A stretch of DNA of 64,000 nt from Octopus bimaculoides (lineage: Eukaryota): positions 60,768,358-60,832,357 of the forward strand of contig NC_068992.1 in NCBI RefSeq assembly GCF_001194135.2, written 5' to 3'. Under the pieces are notes generated by a model that saw only the letters and a list, made by a program, of their open reading frames with translations, did no database searches and was not told the DNA's origin. The translations under genes were made by a program, and so were the position numbers. This document shows, one piece after another, positions 12,760 to 26,035 of this stretch. Within the stretch, counting starts at the first letter, position 1; every line of letters begins with the position of its first letter.

Positions 12760-13500
12760 AAAATTACGTAAGAAGGCACCTCGAAGTGACCGAATAGTAG
12801 GGGAATATTAAGGGAAATTCAGTCCGTTGGTTGGTGGGGGTGGGATTAAGCTGGTGACGTGAATATGATACTTTGACTGAAAATTTGACTCCTTGAAGGT
12901 GGAGACAATGACATATTGAGGGTGCGTATCTAAGAGAAAATATTAGCCCAATTCTTTAGAAATTTGTAACGAAATCAGATTCTTTTCTACAGAGATAACA
13001 GAAGTGGAGAAACTGGGGGAAAAAACAAATCTAGTGGAAGGTAATGCAAGGAAGAAAAGTTGAGTGAGGCGTTTTAGATGGTTGATTGTAGTAAAAATGT
13101 ATGGAGAGCTGAAGTTTCTCAGTAGAGACAATGATATCAAAGATCAGGCATCTCATCACAGGCTGATGAAACTTGCTACTGGTACCATGAAAGTCAGTAC
13201 TTCCTGTTCTATGATCGAGTGGTTGGCAACTAAACCATCCTGTCCCCACTTGAGCAGCTTGCTACTCTTGTAGGATGGGGTCTGCCAAGAAAATACTATG
13301 AAAAAGTCAGAAGGAAGTAACATCATGTCTTCATCCGATGGGAGAACTTGCGCTTTATCGGGAAGACTTTCGATGTACTGTCATTAATGTACTTCAAAAT
13401 GTACATGACGACAGTGATAGAGGTATAATCGATTGTTGAGATGCTGTCCAGTGCTGGATGGAAAATTGTTGACTTCACTCTCCTTTGAACTCAGTGTAAC
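12760..13500 (-). mobile_element. Highly decayed LINE (CR1/Jockey-like) apurinic endonuclease region
   Basis: Frameshifted minus-strand peptides (IESLPDKAQVLPSDEDMMLLPSDF; LTQLFFLALPSTRFVFSPSFS...NLISLQI) loosely follow the order of the GDFN...LTQ...LLDLFL...SDH..ISL motifs. Many stops; alignment by eye only. Confidence 0.4.
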
Positions 13501-14070
13501 AGCTGCTACGCTTTCGTGTTCATGCCAGGTACCAGTCATTTTGCTATCCAAATCCATTTACCTTAGCACTCGTATGTTCCAGCACATAATCCCTCAAAAC
13601 TTCTGGTTTCTTCCATTTCATACTCCCTCTCCTATCTATTCTAAGCTGCTACTCTTATCCTTTAAAATAGGCAAGCGAAGAGACTAGTTTACCTTCTAGT
13701 AAATTTCTCGCCCTCGGATACCCAGCTCAGGACGTCCAAATGTTTTATTTCCAATATTCTAGTAGACGTCAAATCTGGAAACAACGTGTGCCAACACCTT
13801 GGCAACACTCTGCCAGTAGACTTAAGATACTGTAGACTCTCAGCTCTGTGGTACACCAGCATGGGTGGAACAGATCTTACTTTGCAACGTGGTTGCGGGA
13901 ACGTATGCTAGACTCCTTTGACAATCTCTTAGTCTGTGAGGTTTCAACTATAATGTTCTTGAACATTCTAGACTCAAAGAATCCAATTTGACGTCCGTGA
14001 ACTTATCAGCCTTAGGCAAAATTAGTAGTAACGTGACTAATTTTGATCGTATGATGTTTACATACATACG

Positions 14071-14227
14071 TGTAGTAAAAAGCTTGCTTCCAAACCACAT
14101 GGTACTGGGTTCAGTCCCACTGCGTGGCACCTTGAGCAAGTGTCCTCTGCTATAGCTTCGGGCCGTTCAAAGACTTGTTAGGGAATTTGGCAGATGAAAA
14201 CTGGAAGACGCTTGTCATACATATTTG

Positions 14228-14259
<32 letters not shown>

Positions 14260-14503
14260 TGTGCGTGCGTGTGTGTGTGTGTGTGTCTTTACATATATGT
14301 TTGTCCCTCCATCACTGCTTGATTATCGTTGCTGGTGCGTTTACGTCCCCGTAACTTAACGGTTCGGCATGATAGAGCAGTTAAACAAGTACCAGGCTTA
14401 ACAAAAATAAGTACTGGAGTCAATTCATTCGACTAGAAATTCTTCAAGGTGGTGCCCCAGCATGGCCGCAGTCTAATGACTGAAACAAGTAAAAGATAAA
14501 AGA
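14071..14503 (+). mobile_element. SINE family B, full-length, with internal (GT/GCGT)n
   Basis: gcttgcttccaaaccacatggtactgggttcagtcccactgcgtggcaccttg...ggtgccccagcatggccgcagtc..tgactgaaacaagtaaaag. Confidence 0.9.
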
Positions 14504-15439
14504 TATTTGTTTGTGTGTGAGTGTATATGTGTGCGTGTGTGTGTGTTTGTATACTTATATATGTACGTACATAGATACATACGCACATATGTACGTACAA
14601 ATAAACGACATACATAAACGTTTGTGTGTACGGTGTATTATGTACATATATGTGAGCATAGGTGGTGATTGTATACAAATATGTATGGGTGTGTGCGCGT
14701 GATACTCACTCCAGGGACTAAAACCAATAAAAGACTACATCTTAGTTTTAATTATTTAATGTTAGAAGTAACGATGTTTTTCCCTAAACAATTATAATGC
14801 TTTATTACTATTATGTTAATTTGCAACACGCAATTCATCCTTCTCATTAAGATGAAAATTACAGGAAATTATTATGCAAAGACAAGCTTAACTCCACAGA
14901 AGTGCCCAGAGTTATAAAACGTTTTCCCATTACAACAGTTTAAAAACGATACGGCGACAGAACATTGTTTGGGAAAACCGATTCTATAACCAATCTTGTC
15001 CTATATTTTTACAATTTTATTCAAATTTTATCGAGTCAATGAGTGAGCCTTTACCTGATTGCTCAACCTGCTAGAAATAGCAACCAAATTTTCTTCAAAT
15101 TACACGTGTTATCATCTTAAAGAAATGGAAGGATATATAGGGTAGTACGATCTTAAACACGTTCTGTCTGAATAAAAGATGATGTAGTCACCAATGGAAT
15201 TCATTTGTCCATATATCTACTGATTCACAGTTGACTGGCAGCTTAACAACAACAGCGGCAACAGCGACAGTCATTTGAGTCACTAATTCTATTCAGAGAA
15301 GTGTGAACGTTATGAACATAACGTCCGCCTGCCAGAACTTTCGTCTTGTGTCCAATCACAAAATAGTCCAATATTTAGAAACTTCGAGAATGTGTAATAA
15401 TTCCTTTTATGAGCGGTGAATCTCAAAGCAAATAACTTA

Positions 15440-15660
15440 TAAATATTGGGTTAAAAGCCCTTTGGCTGGAGAGTGTTGAAAGATGCCCGCACTACTCGAA
15501 CCCATATCTCCTGTAAACATGGCATACATTCTACCTTTCGACCAAAGAAATCCGAATTTCTCAGTCTATTTTGTCGTTTACAGGTGCTTACAGATGTGAG
15601 TTCGAGTCCCACGACAGTCTTCAATGTTTTATATCCAAAACGCTTTTAACCCAATATTTA
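15440..15660. mobile_element. MITE (Tc1/mariner-type foldback), 221 bp
   Basis: Perfect 19-bp terminal inverted repeat TAAATATTGGGTTAAAAGC (15440-15458) / GCTTTTAACCCAATATTTA (15642-15660), extended inward imperfectly for about 90 bp. The TA-TTGGG terminus resembles mariner-type ends. Confidence 0.75.
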
Positions 15661-15757
15661 CACTGTGTTATTTATAACTTTATTTGCATTGAGATTCATC
15701 GTTCCTTAAAAGACTTATTTGAAAAGATACGTGAAAAATTAATTATAATGTACAATA

Positions 15758-15892
15758 CAGGCGTGTGATAAGAAGTTTGCTTCCGGGGTTCAGTCCCACT
15801 GCATGGCACCTTGGGCAAGTGGCTTCTACTATAGCTTCGGGCCGATCAAAACATTATGAACGGATTTGATAAATAGAAACCGGAAAATCCCG

Positions 15893-15956
<64 letters not shown>

Positions 15957-16225
15957 GCGTCTGTGTCTGTGTTCGCGTGCGCGCGCGTGTGGGTGTGTGC
16001 ATGTGTATTTGTCCACATCACCACCACCACCACCACCATCACTTGACAACCAGTGTCGGTGTGTTTACATCACCGTAACTTAGCAGTTCGGCAAATGTAA
16101 CTGATAGAACCAGTACTAGGCTTTTAAAAAAATAAGTCCTGGGGTCGATTTGTTCGACTAAAATCTTTCTAGGCGGTGCTCCAGCATGACCGCAGTCAAA
16201 TGACTGAAACAAGTAAAAGATAAAA
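15758..16225 (+). mobile_element. SINE family B with internal (AT)n, (GT)n and (CAC)n
   Basis: Same consensus as 14071-14503. Confidence 0.9.
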
Positions 16226-17504
16226 ATTAAAAGATTAGACTAGATTCCTATTTCGTGAGGTGAAGGATCTTCAGCTTGCCTTTGTATGGTTCTGTCTGTC
16301 TGTCTGTGCTGATGGGAAGAACTCAATTATTAAAAGTGTGGAGATAGCATAGAACATTTCTCTCTCTCAACTTCTCTCCCTCTCTACAAAATATAAATAA
16401 AATGTTATATGTCCCGATTTTTTTTCATGTAATATGTAATAGAATTTCCATTTTAGTCGGTCCACATCAGCTGCGATGTTAAGATTGTATATCTAATTTC
16501 TTTTCAATCAATTAAATAGAATTCGAGGTATTCCGTATGCTTGTCACGATCGGTTTATAATATTTCTTTAAAAAATGATATGAATATATTACTACATTAT
16601 TAATCTTCAATTCTAAATACTTATTAGTTTATAAAATTACATTTTGAAAAGCAACTATTCTCCATTTTTTATAAAAAAAAAATAAATAAAGTATTGCAAT
16701 TTTTAATGATATCAGAGCTAAAGCAATCATATTCAAAAGTATTTTTTAAAGATTTTTAAGTTGCTTTCTAAGTAAGACAGCCACTTATAAATCACACAGC
16801 TATTACAATATATTTTTTACGTGTGTAACAAATTCTATCGATTTCAAGTAAAACATAATATAGCTAACACAATAATGAATTACTCTTCTATAGCAATAAA
16901 TAATTAAATTTGCTGCATCGACGATCTTCTTTATTCTATGATTTGTTTTATTTCGGTAAGGAAGAACGTCTGCCATTACTTAAATTAAAAAATATAGCTT
17001 TGCTATACTGAATCATCCGACGAAACACATTGCTTCTTAAAAGCGTCTTTAAATAAATATTTATAATTATAATTATCGAATTTTGTCAATATTTGCTAAT
17101 TTAGACAAGCAGTGTAATCATGAGAAGAAGATAACAGATCTTGAATAGCAATCATGGCTGTATGATTAGCTCTATTACGCTTCATCTGCAGTATGAGTCT
17201 GCTACGCCGTTCCCGGGTTCACCAATCTCGCAAGAGTGGGTCACATATATGTATGCATGATCACAAACATATAGCTTTTTATTTTTAATTTGCAGAAGTT
17301 ACAAAGTGACTCAGGAGCTGAGAGTTTCTTGCATGGTACTTATCAACCTGATTTAAAATCTGGGAGTCTGCTTTTTATATAGGTTGAATTATATTTATCT
17401 TTGAGTTGTTCAGATAAAAATCAGACGTAGTGGGTCAAGTGAAAGTGCATATTTCTACAGCTAATTTCCCCATTAAGCAGTTGCAAACGCGCGCACACGT
17501 TGGT

Positions 17505-17665
17505 GGGAGGGACTTGGTCGAATAAGTCACCATCAGTGTTCAACAGGTACTTATTTTATCGACCTCGAAAGGACGAAAAGCAGAGGTGACCTCGACTGAA
17601 TTTGAACTCAGAACGTGGACGAGATGCCGCTAAGCATTTTGCCCCAGCGTGCTATTGATTCTGCC
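17505..17665 (-). mobile_element. SINE family A copy
   Basis: gtgacctcgactgaatttgaactcagaacg...gccgctaagcatttt (reverse-complement consensus). Confidence 0.8.
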
Positions 17666-17699
17666 AAGCTCACCTAATATATATATATAAATATATATA

Positions 17700-18375
17700 T
17701 ATCACCATTTTCACACTTCGTTCATTCCGCTCTTAGTTCTTTCGTTCCCCCTCTCTCACATTTCCTGACCTTCTCTTCATGCTCACTTTCCCTCTTTCAC
17801 TTCACCGTGTCTCTTTCATTTTTCTCTCGCCCCTCCTTAATTCTTCTATCCCTCTGCTTCTACCTCTCTCTCTTCTCTCCCCCACGTGACCGGTGTACGG
17901 CCAGGCCTGACCTTTCTCTTTTGGTTGGACTACTGTCCGTGCAACTTCTATATTCCTTCCCGTGTTTGTTAAATCTTATGTCCCAGCCGTAAGGCTTTAC
18001 TTCCACTCACGCCAGCTTAATTTAATTCGGCCTCAGTCGAAAGACACCTGTTGTTATGTCCTGTTATTTGCATTTGTGAAACATTTCTCTGTTTTTTTTT
18101 ATTTCATCTTTGTTTTCGTATACATTCGCTGCTTTCTTCCAAGGAATGTAATGCACCTAGATTATTTTTTCCTTGGGGCTGACCAGATTGGAGCAATCTC
18201 GAGTATAACCAGTCGAAATTGCAAAGATAATCTGGAACTCGACTGAGGATAGAAAACTCCGAATGATCCGTCGTTGTTTCCCTTGTATCGTCTGTCTGGA
18301 TATTTTGTTGTACCCTTTTTTGTTTCACCTGTCTGGATGTTTTGCGTTCTTGTCCCATTTTTGTATTATATATAT
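17700..18375 (+). mobile_element. Probable Penelope-like terminal-region remnant
   Basis: Pyrimidine-rich non-coding block bounded by (AT)n tracts. It contains a decayed hammerhead-like motif (ctgagga...ctccgaat, 18242-18264) followed by a TC-rich tail. Confidence 0.35.
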
Positions 18376-18795
18376 NNNNNNNNNNNNNNNNNNNNNNNNN
18401 NNNNNNNNNNNNNNNNNNNNNNNNNNNNNNNNNNNNNNNNNNNNNNNNNNNNNNNNNNNNNNNNNNNNNNNNNNNNNNNNNNNNNNNNNNNNNNNNNNNN
18501 NNNNNNNNNNNNNNNNNNNNNNNNNNNNNNNNNNNNNNNNNNNNNNNNNNNNNNNNNNNNNNNNNNNNNNNNNNNNNNNNNNNNNNNNNNNNNNNNNNNN
18601 NNNNNNNNNNNNNNNNNNNNNNNNNNNNNNNNNNNNNNNNNNNNNNNNNNNNNNNNNNNNNNNNNNNNNNNNNNNNNNNNNNNNNNNNNNNNNNNNNNNN
18701 NNNNNNNNNNNNNNNNNNNNNNNNNNNNNNNNNNNNNNNNNNNNNNNNNNNNNNNNNNNNNNNNNNNNNNNNNNNNNNNNNNNNNNNNNNNNNNN

Positions 18796-18830
<35 letters not shown>

Positions 18831-18886
18831 GTGCTCAATACTTTCAACTTGGAATTAAAATTGTGTTGTATCTGTAATTGTCACAG

Positions 18887-19002
18887 ACGAGAGACTGTTG
18901 TTGGTCGGCATTCGGTGCAAGGCAAGGTGCACCGATCTCAATGCTTGAGCCTGTAGAGCTGATGGTCACCGGGTGCTATCACTCGTCATCGTATACAAGG
19001 CG
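18887..19002 (+). CDS. Candidate exon (TRDCCWSAFGARQGAPISMLEPVELMVTGCYHSSSYTR)
   Basis: Acceptor tctgtaattgtcacag and strong donor GCG|gtaagg. The segment is 116 nt, about 54% GC in AT-rich flanks, with only frame 0 open; no homology recognised. Confidence 0.3.
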
Positions 19003-19449
19003 GTAAGGGAATCCTTGTGACATAAGCTAATAGTTATCAAACTGATAAATACCAACCTCACTACCATCACTGCCACTTCAAAAATATATATATTAGAGGG
19101 CGAAACGAAATATATATTAGAGGCCAAAACAAGTGCAATTGCTCGAAGAATTTCTTATGAGGTGAGTATAACATTGATATTAATATGCTACTTGTTGAAT
19201 ATAGGAAGTGTAAATTTCATGAGTTTAGTAAAACTATCAGTATATTTGCTGAATGTTTTAATAATGGCCCCCATATGCTTTAAAATTGGAAAGGACACAT
19301 TTTATTATGTCTTCCTATAAAATATAATGATTTTCAACAAATCATTCCTTTCATTTAATGTAAATTCACCATGCTGGAGACATTGTAATTATTTGTGAAA
19401 TCTGTGTCAGTCGTCGTCTGGTGTCTAAATCGATATAATCGCAGTTGTT

Positions 19450-19536
<87 letters not shown>

Positions 19537-20359
19537 CGTGTGCGTGTACGTGTGTTTGTGTGTGTCTTTGTGGGGAGATGTTTCTTCGTTGTCTTCACTA
19601 ATAAAACTTAGAAAAAGGAATTAAACAGAAGTGATGACGACGATGAGTGATGAAAAAAAAGAGGTTACAAATAAATCAGCATCTAAAACATATTCATATT
19701 TCTGCAACCTATAATTTTAAGTGCTCATCGACAAAGGAAACAATTTTTGTTTACTTTTTAAAAAAAATTCCTAATAAATTTTCATTAAAAATTTGACGTT
19801 TATTAATAAGGGCACAACTGCGTCGCACGTTCATATTTTACAGACAAGTAGGTTGTTAAACTTAACGGAAACAACAGCAAGTGCGCTTAAATAAAGGAAG
19901 TCTTTATAAAAGCAATTCTCAGACAGAACCTTAACGTAAATGTAAAATGTTTTCATCAGAAAAATCAATTTTCTTCAATGAGAAGTTGAATCTCAGACAT
20001 AACACTCTGCTAACTGGATTATTAACATCTGGTCTCAGGTGTTTCAATGACTACCTGGGGAGAAACTGGTTGTTAGTTTTCAATTTATTATCGTAAAACA
20101 AATTTACATGGAATGTATGGGAAAAAATGTGTCAACATATATCACATGCATACACACACACACACATACATACACGTGTGTGTATGTAAGTGCGTGTGTG
20201 TATGTAAGTGCGTGTGTGTATGTAAGTGCGTGTGTGTATGCGGGTGTAATTTACTGTTCCGTTAAGGAATGATCAACTAAAAAGTACTCCATCCTGTGAG
20301 TGGTAAATATGATTTAATGTACATTGTAAATTAGTAATTATTGGTATATAATTATATAG

Positions 20360-20523
20360 ATTTTCAGGAGCGGAGAAGTCAATTATATCGATCCTAGTAC
20401 TTGAATGATTATTGTTTTATCTTCTCTGAAAGGATGGAAGGTAAAGTCAACGACACAAAGACGGACGAAACACTCCTAAATATTTGGTCCGACGTGCTAA
20501 TAGTTCTACCATCTCGCCGCCTT
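20360..20523 (-). mobile_element. SINE family A copy, internally deleted
   Basis: aaaggatggaaggtaaagtcaac...ctaccatctcgccgcctt. Confidence 0.75.
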
Positions 20524-20589
20524 TATTGTCTTGACTGTTTAGGTTTGAGAAGAGTTACGTCGATCCTTTTTAAAATAATGTTATAATAT

Positions 20590-20880
20590 TATACTGGCAT
20601 TTGTACTAACCCTTATAGAGTTTTCCTTGTGTAGATTATTGCATATCTCTCACGCCTTCGCTCTAGGGAGTAAGCTTGCAGTTTTCTCAGCCAATCCATG
20701 TAGCTCATCGCTGCATTGTTTCAATCTTTTTAGTGTAGTGGCGTTGGATTGCTTCAAGCTCCACTGTTTGTTTGGCACTATGTAATGACCATAACTGAGA
20801 GCAGTTGTCCAGGCGGCTGCGAACAAAGGTTCTCCACTGGTTCAACATAGTTTCTTGGTCGCTTGTCTTAAAAGACAACA
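20590..20880 (-). mobile_element. CR1/L2-like LINE reverse transcriptase C-terminal fragment
   Basis: FKTSDQETMLNQWRTFVRSRLDNCSQLWSLHSAKQTVELEAIQRHYTKKI and ERRRERYAIIY match the LDYCSQLWSP...LEAIQR..TK.I / YSLERRRERY motifs typical of this region. Confidence 0.85.
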
Positions 20881-21139
20881 AAAAGTAGCAACAACAGATT
20901 ACGATACTTGAAGGGAATGAAAACGAAGACGTAACACCGACCTCCGTTACGTAAGTAGCGTGATTGGAGAGAGGTAGTGTGATAAAGGTACAAAATGCAT
21001 TAGGAGAAGATAGAGGGGTGCTAGATGAGAAGATAATGAATAGAGGGACAGTCGGTAGATGGAGATCTAAATGGAACATAATGAGTATGAGACCTAAGTG
21101 TAGATACTATACATCCCAACTGCCACCAACACCACCATC

Positions 21140-21660
21140 TTAACCGTTCATCCCAGTTTTGTGTCATCTCGTAAAATTTAGCTTTTTGCAGCCATTCTTC
21201 ACTATTTCGTATCATATCTTATGTCTACACTTCTACATCTTCCATCCATATCAGCTGTCACTCCCGATGTCACCATATCAGCGTGCTCTTCTCTTTTACA
21301 CGCTACATATGATTTCTTTAATAGCTAAAAGTTTTTTTCGTCTCAACTGATTTGTATGCCGTCGTTCGTGCACTAACATTGCACATCCAATAGAGCATGC
21401 TGACTTCATTTTTTTCTAATGTTCGCACGACTTCTGCATTTAAGGCCCATGTATTGCTATCTATAATAGAAGACATTTTCACTAGGTGCCACGCAGTGGG
21501 AGTGAACCCGGAACCATGTAGTTGGAAACCATGTGTTGCTACCATATAGCCTAACACTTTGTACAGAAGCGTCATAGCCTTCCTTTGATTCTGAGAAAGA
21601 AGCATTTTGTCAATGGGAGAGGTAACAACTTCCTACACTTATTCGATCTCGTTCATACTC
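21140..21660 (-). mobile_element. RTE-clade LINE RT C-terminal fragment carrying a nested SINE B piece
   Basis: KCRKLLPLPLTKCFFLRIKGRL..., VQSVRLYGSNTW and ALNAEVVRTLEKNEVSMLYWMCNVS resemble the RTE LYGSETW...RLERNEASMLRWMCNVS segment. Confidence 0.8.
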
Positions 21661-22833
21661 TAGAGGGACGGTAAATGATCTATACTATATCTTTATGCCA
21701 ATAAGGAATTGTAAACCTGGCATAAAACCAGAAATGTTTTAGTAGAATCCATTACTTAATTAATACTTATTTGCTTTGTTTTTTTTCTTTTATTCCCAGG
21801 AGGATAAAAAATATATATTGGACCATGGAATTTAAATGTTTGTAACTAATTACATCAAAGCATTTAAATGATGCGCTACTATTTCTTCCAATCTCCCATC
21901 CTGAATATTGTCATGATACTAACGATTGTACTAAATAAATTGTTACTGTTGTTGTGGTTATTGCTTAGCAGTTAATCACTTCTGATTATGTACAGTTTCC
22001 ATCGCCGTCTATGCTGTGTTTTATTTCAAACATTGTGCGTCTAGTTTTACATTATCTAACGTGCATCTTCCTTTATAAGATAGTGGCGAGTAATTTGAGA
22101 GTTTTGCTTACTATTTACAGAATGTCAAACAAGCATATAGAAGTTATTCTCCATGCTTCTCTCTCTCTCTCTCTCTCTCTCTCCCTCTCTCTCTCTCTCT
22201 CTCCCCTCTCTCTCTCTCTCTCTCATTGACCCATACTGAATATTTTCTGGGCTATTGGTTTCTGGAAATGTATAACATTAATATTCTTTATACATCTCTG
22301 ATTATCGCAATACAAGATGTAACATTTCCCTTCAAAGAAACTATTTTGGTTCCTGCTTAAAAAAAGTTAATTCACTTAATTTATTCAACAAAAAATATTT
22401 GAGAAATGCATGAACATCACACCATGCCATTGTCAATCGTTAAAATTATTTTTTTCTTCTTGCTCTCAGGAGAATAAAATGAAGAAAATGTTTTGTAAAA
22501 TTCCATTTCTTTTTCCTTTGTCTTTTATTGTTTTTTCCCAAGAATTTACTGACATTTTTCTTTTTCTGGTGTTTCTGTAAAGAAAGAGGCAACAACAAAT
22601 ATAATAAAAAGCAACGTGAACATCATTGACAACAACAACTACAAGAACCATCATTATCATCATCATCAACAACAATAAGTAACAAAATATAAAACAAAAC
22701 CAGCCAAAATATTTGATAAAACATTTAGAAAAAAATATTTTTAAAAAAGCTTCTCTTCTCAGAAATGTCATCTAAGCATACGTTTTGTCAGAAGAATCAA
22801 TAGGAACCGAAAAAGCGATACATATATATATAC

Positions 22834-22868
<35 letters not shown>

Positions 22869-23434
22869 CATGTGCATATATATACATGTACATATATGTA
22901 TATGTTTGTACATACATATATATATGCATATATATACACATACATATGCACATAAATATAATTATATATACACATCTATATACACGTATATATACACACA
23001 TATATATGTATGTATGTATAGGCGCATATATATATACAAATATACACACACATATATATATATATATACATATAAATACATGTACATATAAATATACATA
23101 AATNNNNNNNNNNNNNNNNNNNNNNNNNNNNNNNNNNNNNNNNNNNNNNNNNNNNNNNNNNNNNNNNNNNNNNNNNNNNNNNNNNNNNNNNNNNNNNNNN
23201 NNNNNNNNNNNNNNNNNNNNNNNNNNNNNNNNNNNNNNNNNNNNNNNNNNNNNNNNNNNNNNNNNNNNNNNNNNNNNNNNNNNNNNNNNNNNNNNNNNNN
23301 NNNNNNNNNNNNNNNNNNNNNNNNNNNNNNNNNNNNNNNNNNNNNNNNNNNNNNNNNNNNNNNNNNNNNNNNNNNNNNNNNNNNNNNNNNNNNNNNNNNN
23401 NNNNNNNNNNNNNNNNNNNNNNNNNNNNNNATAC

Positions 23435-23469
<35 letters not shown>

Positions 23470-24334
23470 CATAATATACATATGTATATGTATATATATA
23501 TGTGTGTGTCTGTGTGTGTGTGTGTGTGTATAATTATGTATACACACGTGTGTCTGTATTTATTTATAACTATATATATTAAATATTATACACATACAAA
23601 CACACACACACAAACACACACACACAGATACATACATACGCACACACACACACACATATACATATATAGAGGGAGAAAGAGCGACAGAGAGAGACAGAGA
23701 GAGAGAGAGGAGAGAATAAAAAACCAAGACAGAATTATTTTCGATAACAGAATACTGTCCATGATATAAATCTTGATAAATATATATATCAAATTACCGT
23801 ACATCCTTCTTCAGACATTTTCGCATTTCAATTTTTCATTATATCAATCTTATATTATTTCAAATGCTTCAATACTGGAATTTTCTGTTATACGTTAAGA
23901 GTAATATAATCAGGCCGTCCTTACTCTTCGTTTAACTTTTCTTACTATTTTGTTGTTTTATTTTTTTATTATTTTTTTTTTTACTAGGCTGGGTTCAATC
24001 ATTGCCTGCCGAACTGCTATGTTGTATGGTAACGCCTTGAAGATGTTTTTATTCACCATATTGATCTCAGTCTACTATACCTTTTATTGATCGACATTTG
24101 TCGAATCGTTAAGTTACGCTATTTTGACCCCATACTCGTTGCACACCTTCAATCAAAATCACAAACAAGGACGTGAATATGATTCCTTGTATGCTTGTAC
24201 CTATGGATCTAAATATGTATGACTGTGGATGAGTGTATAGACACACACACACATACACGTGCGCACACGCACACATATATAATACACACACACGCTCGCA
24301 CGCACACACACGCACACACACATACATATATATA

Positions 24335-24385
<51 letters not shown>

Positions 24386-25453
24386 TGAAGGTGGTGCTCC
24401 AGCATGGTCACAGTCAAATGACTGAAACCAGTAAAAGAAGTTTGACTCGTCTGAAAAAGCAACTGTACACTGATGAAACTCCAAAGTAGTAGGTCACTGG
24501 ACTCGACTCAGTCAACTACTGCACTTCATCTTTGTATTGAGTACTTCTTTTCCGAATCATTACTTAACAACAAATATATATATATATATAAAAATATGGA
24601 TGTGTGTATGCGTGTGACTGTTTTAATATCAAATCATGTTTAATTGAATTAAACATTAAATCAAATGATTACTGAATACTTTTTAGCAACATACGTATTA
24701 ATTTTTACAAGCGACTTCGAAGTATTCAGGACTATATAATCGGATTGTGTTTTGTTTTATTATTATTTTAAAGTAAGGCGTGATTTGGAAACGATTTTGC
24801 TAGGATTTCGAACGGCTGCGAAAAGACTCCCTTTACTATAAGGTATTCGTGATTTCTAAAGTTGGCTCAAAATAAGACATTTTGATTACAGAGCAAACTT
24901 CATTAAGTGGATCTCAGTAATATATTGATTTACTATTCAGATTTTACTAAAAGGATTACACACATTATTAAAAATATTTCACATATCAATGATGCGTATT
25001 GATTTCTCTTATATCAGTGATGTATACTGAGCCATCGATATTCTATACTGATTTGTGTAGACGCAGCATGGCAGAATGGTCATGAATTTCTCTTCGAAAT
25101 CAACGAGATCGATTAGGCAGGCGGAAACGTGGGGAAATCCATCGAGTGTATTTTAGCTGAGATTCAAAAGGTTCCGCCTTGTCACACTATGTGTTTGTAT
25201 TATTACTCCGCCAGAAAATTGAATTAACAGCACACGTATCTGAGGAACGCTCAGCTACTTACACCACTTTACCGCTAGGCAGTTTATTAGATCAGTTGAA
25301 TACACATATTCGAAACTAACGGAGATATAATTTACTGATTTGACGTATACCAACAGTATATATATACCCTTAAATTAAATTAATGTTCAGTTCTATATTT
25401 AAGAGATGAAGAATTATGTACATTATTTCCATTTTGACGGATATTGTCGTCAT

Positions 25454-25700
25454 CAGCTAGCATTCCTGGACGTATTAATAACACGCACCAAATATGGATT
25501 CAGAACATCCGTATACTGCAAGCCGACCTTCACTAGACGATGCCTCAACTTCAACTCCCACCATCCATACAGTGTAAAGAGAGGGATTGCTTAGTGCCTA
25601 AAACATCGAGCAATGAATATAAGTAGCGATCGTGACACCTACCATGAAGAAGTGATCAAGCTCAGTAACATTCTATTAAGCAACAACTACTCCATTCCAA
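25454..25700 (+). mobile_element. Penelope-like element RT (thumb region) fragment
   Basis: QLAFLDVLITRTKYGFRTSVYCKPTFTRRCLNFNSHHPYSVKRGIA*CLKHRAMNISSD...EEVIKLSNILLSNNY matches the PLE FLD...TSVYRKPT.T..YL.F.SHHP signature; one in-frame stop. Confidence 0.85.
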
Positions 25701-25954
25701 TTATGAACAAAAGAACAATTATGAACAATTACGAACAGTCTGTTTACCCTATGTAAAAGGCCTCTCTGAAAAGATACAAAAGATATGCGGCCCATATGAC
25801 ATCAGGACAATATTCAAAAGTAATACAACACTTCGCAAATATCTCCTTCGAGTAAAGCCACCAATAGAAGAGGATATGACCAAGAACTGCGTGTAGGATA
25901 GGAGAATATTAGATCGACAAGCCCAAAAATTCGCTCCATAATTGCCCACGAGCG

Positions 25955-26035
25955 TATAGCGTAGTGATTAAGAGCGCGGGCTACTAAACCCAAGATTCTT
26001 AGTTCCATTCTAGGCAATGACCTGAATAATAATGA
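25955..26035 (+). mobile_element. Short tRNA-derived SINE (tRNA-like head, AAT tail)
   Basis: agcgtagtgattaagagcgcgggctactaaacccaagattcttagttccattctagg; the B box is degenerate and the copy ends in aataataat. Confidence 0.6.

Noticed and set aside
24469-24520. ctgatga at 24470 as a hammerhead core
   Set aside because: No stem II closure or GAAA downstream.
25955-26035. Possible tRNA gene
   Set aside because: The B box is degenerate, the acceptor stem is not formed and there is an AAT tail; it is a tRNA-derived SINE.
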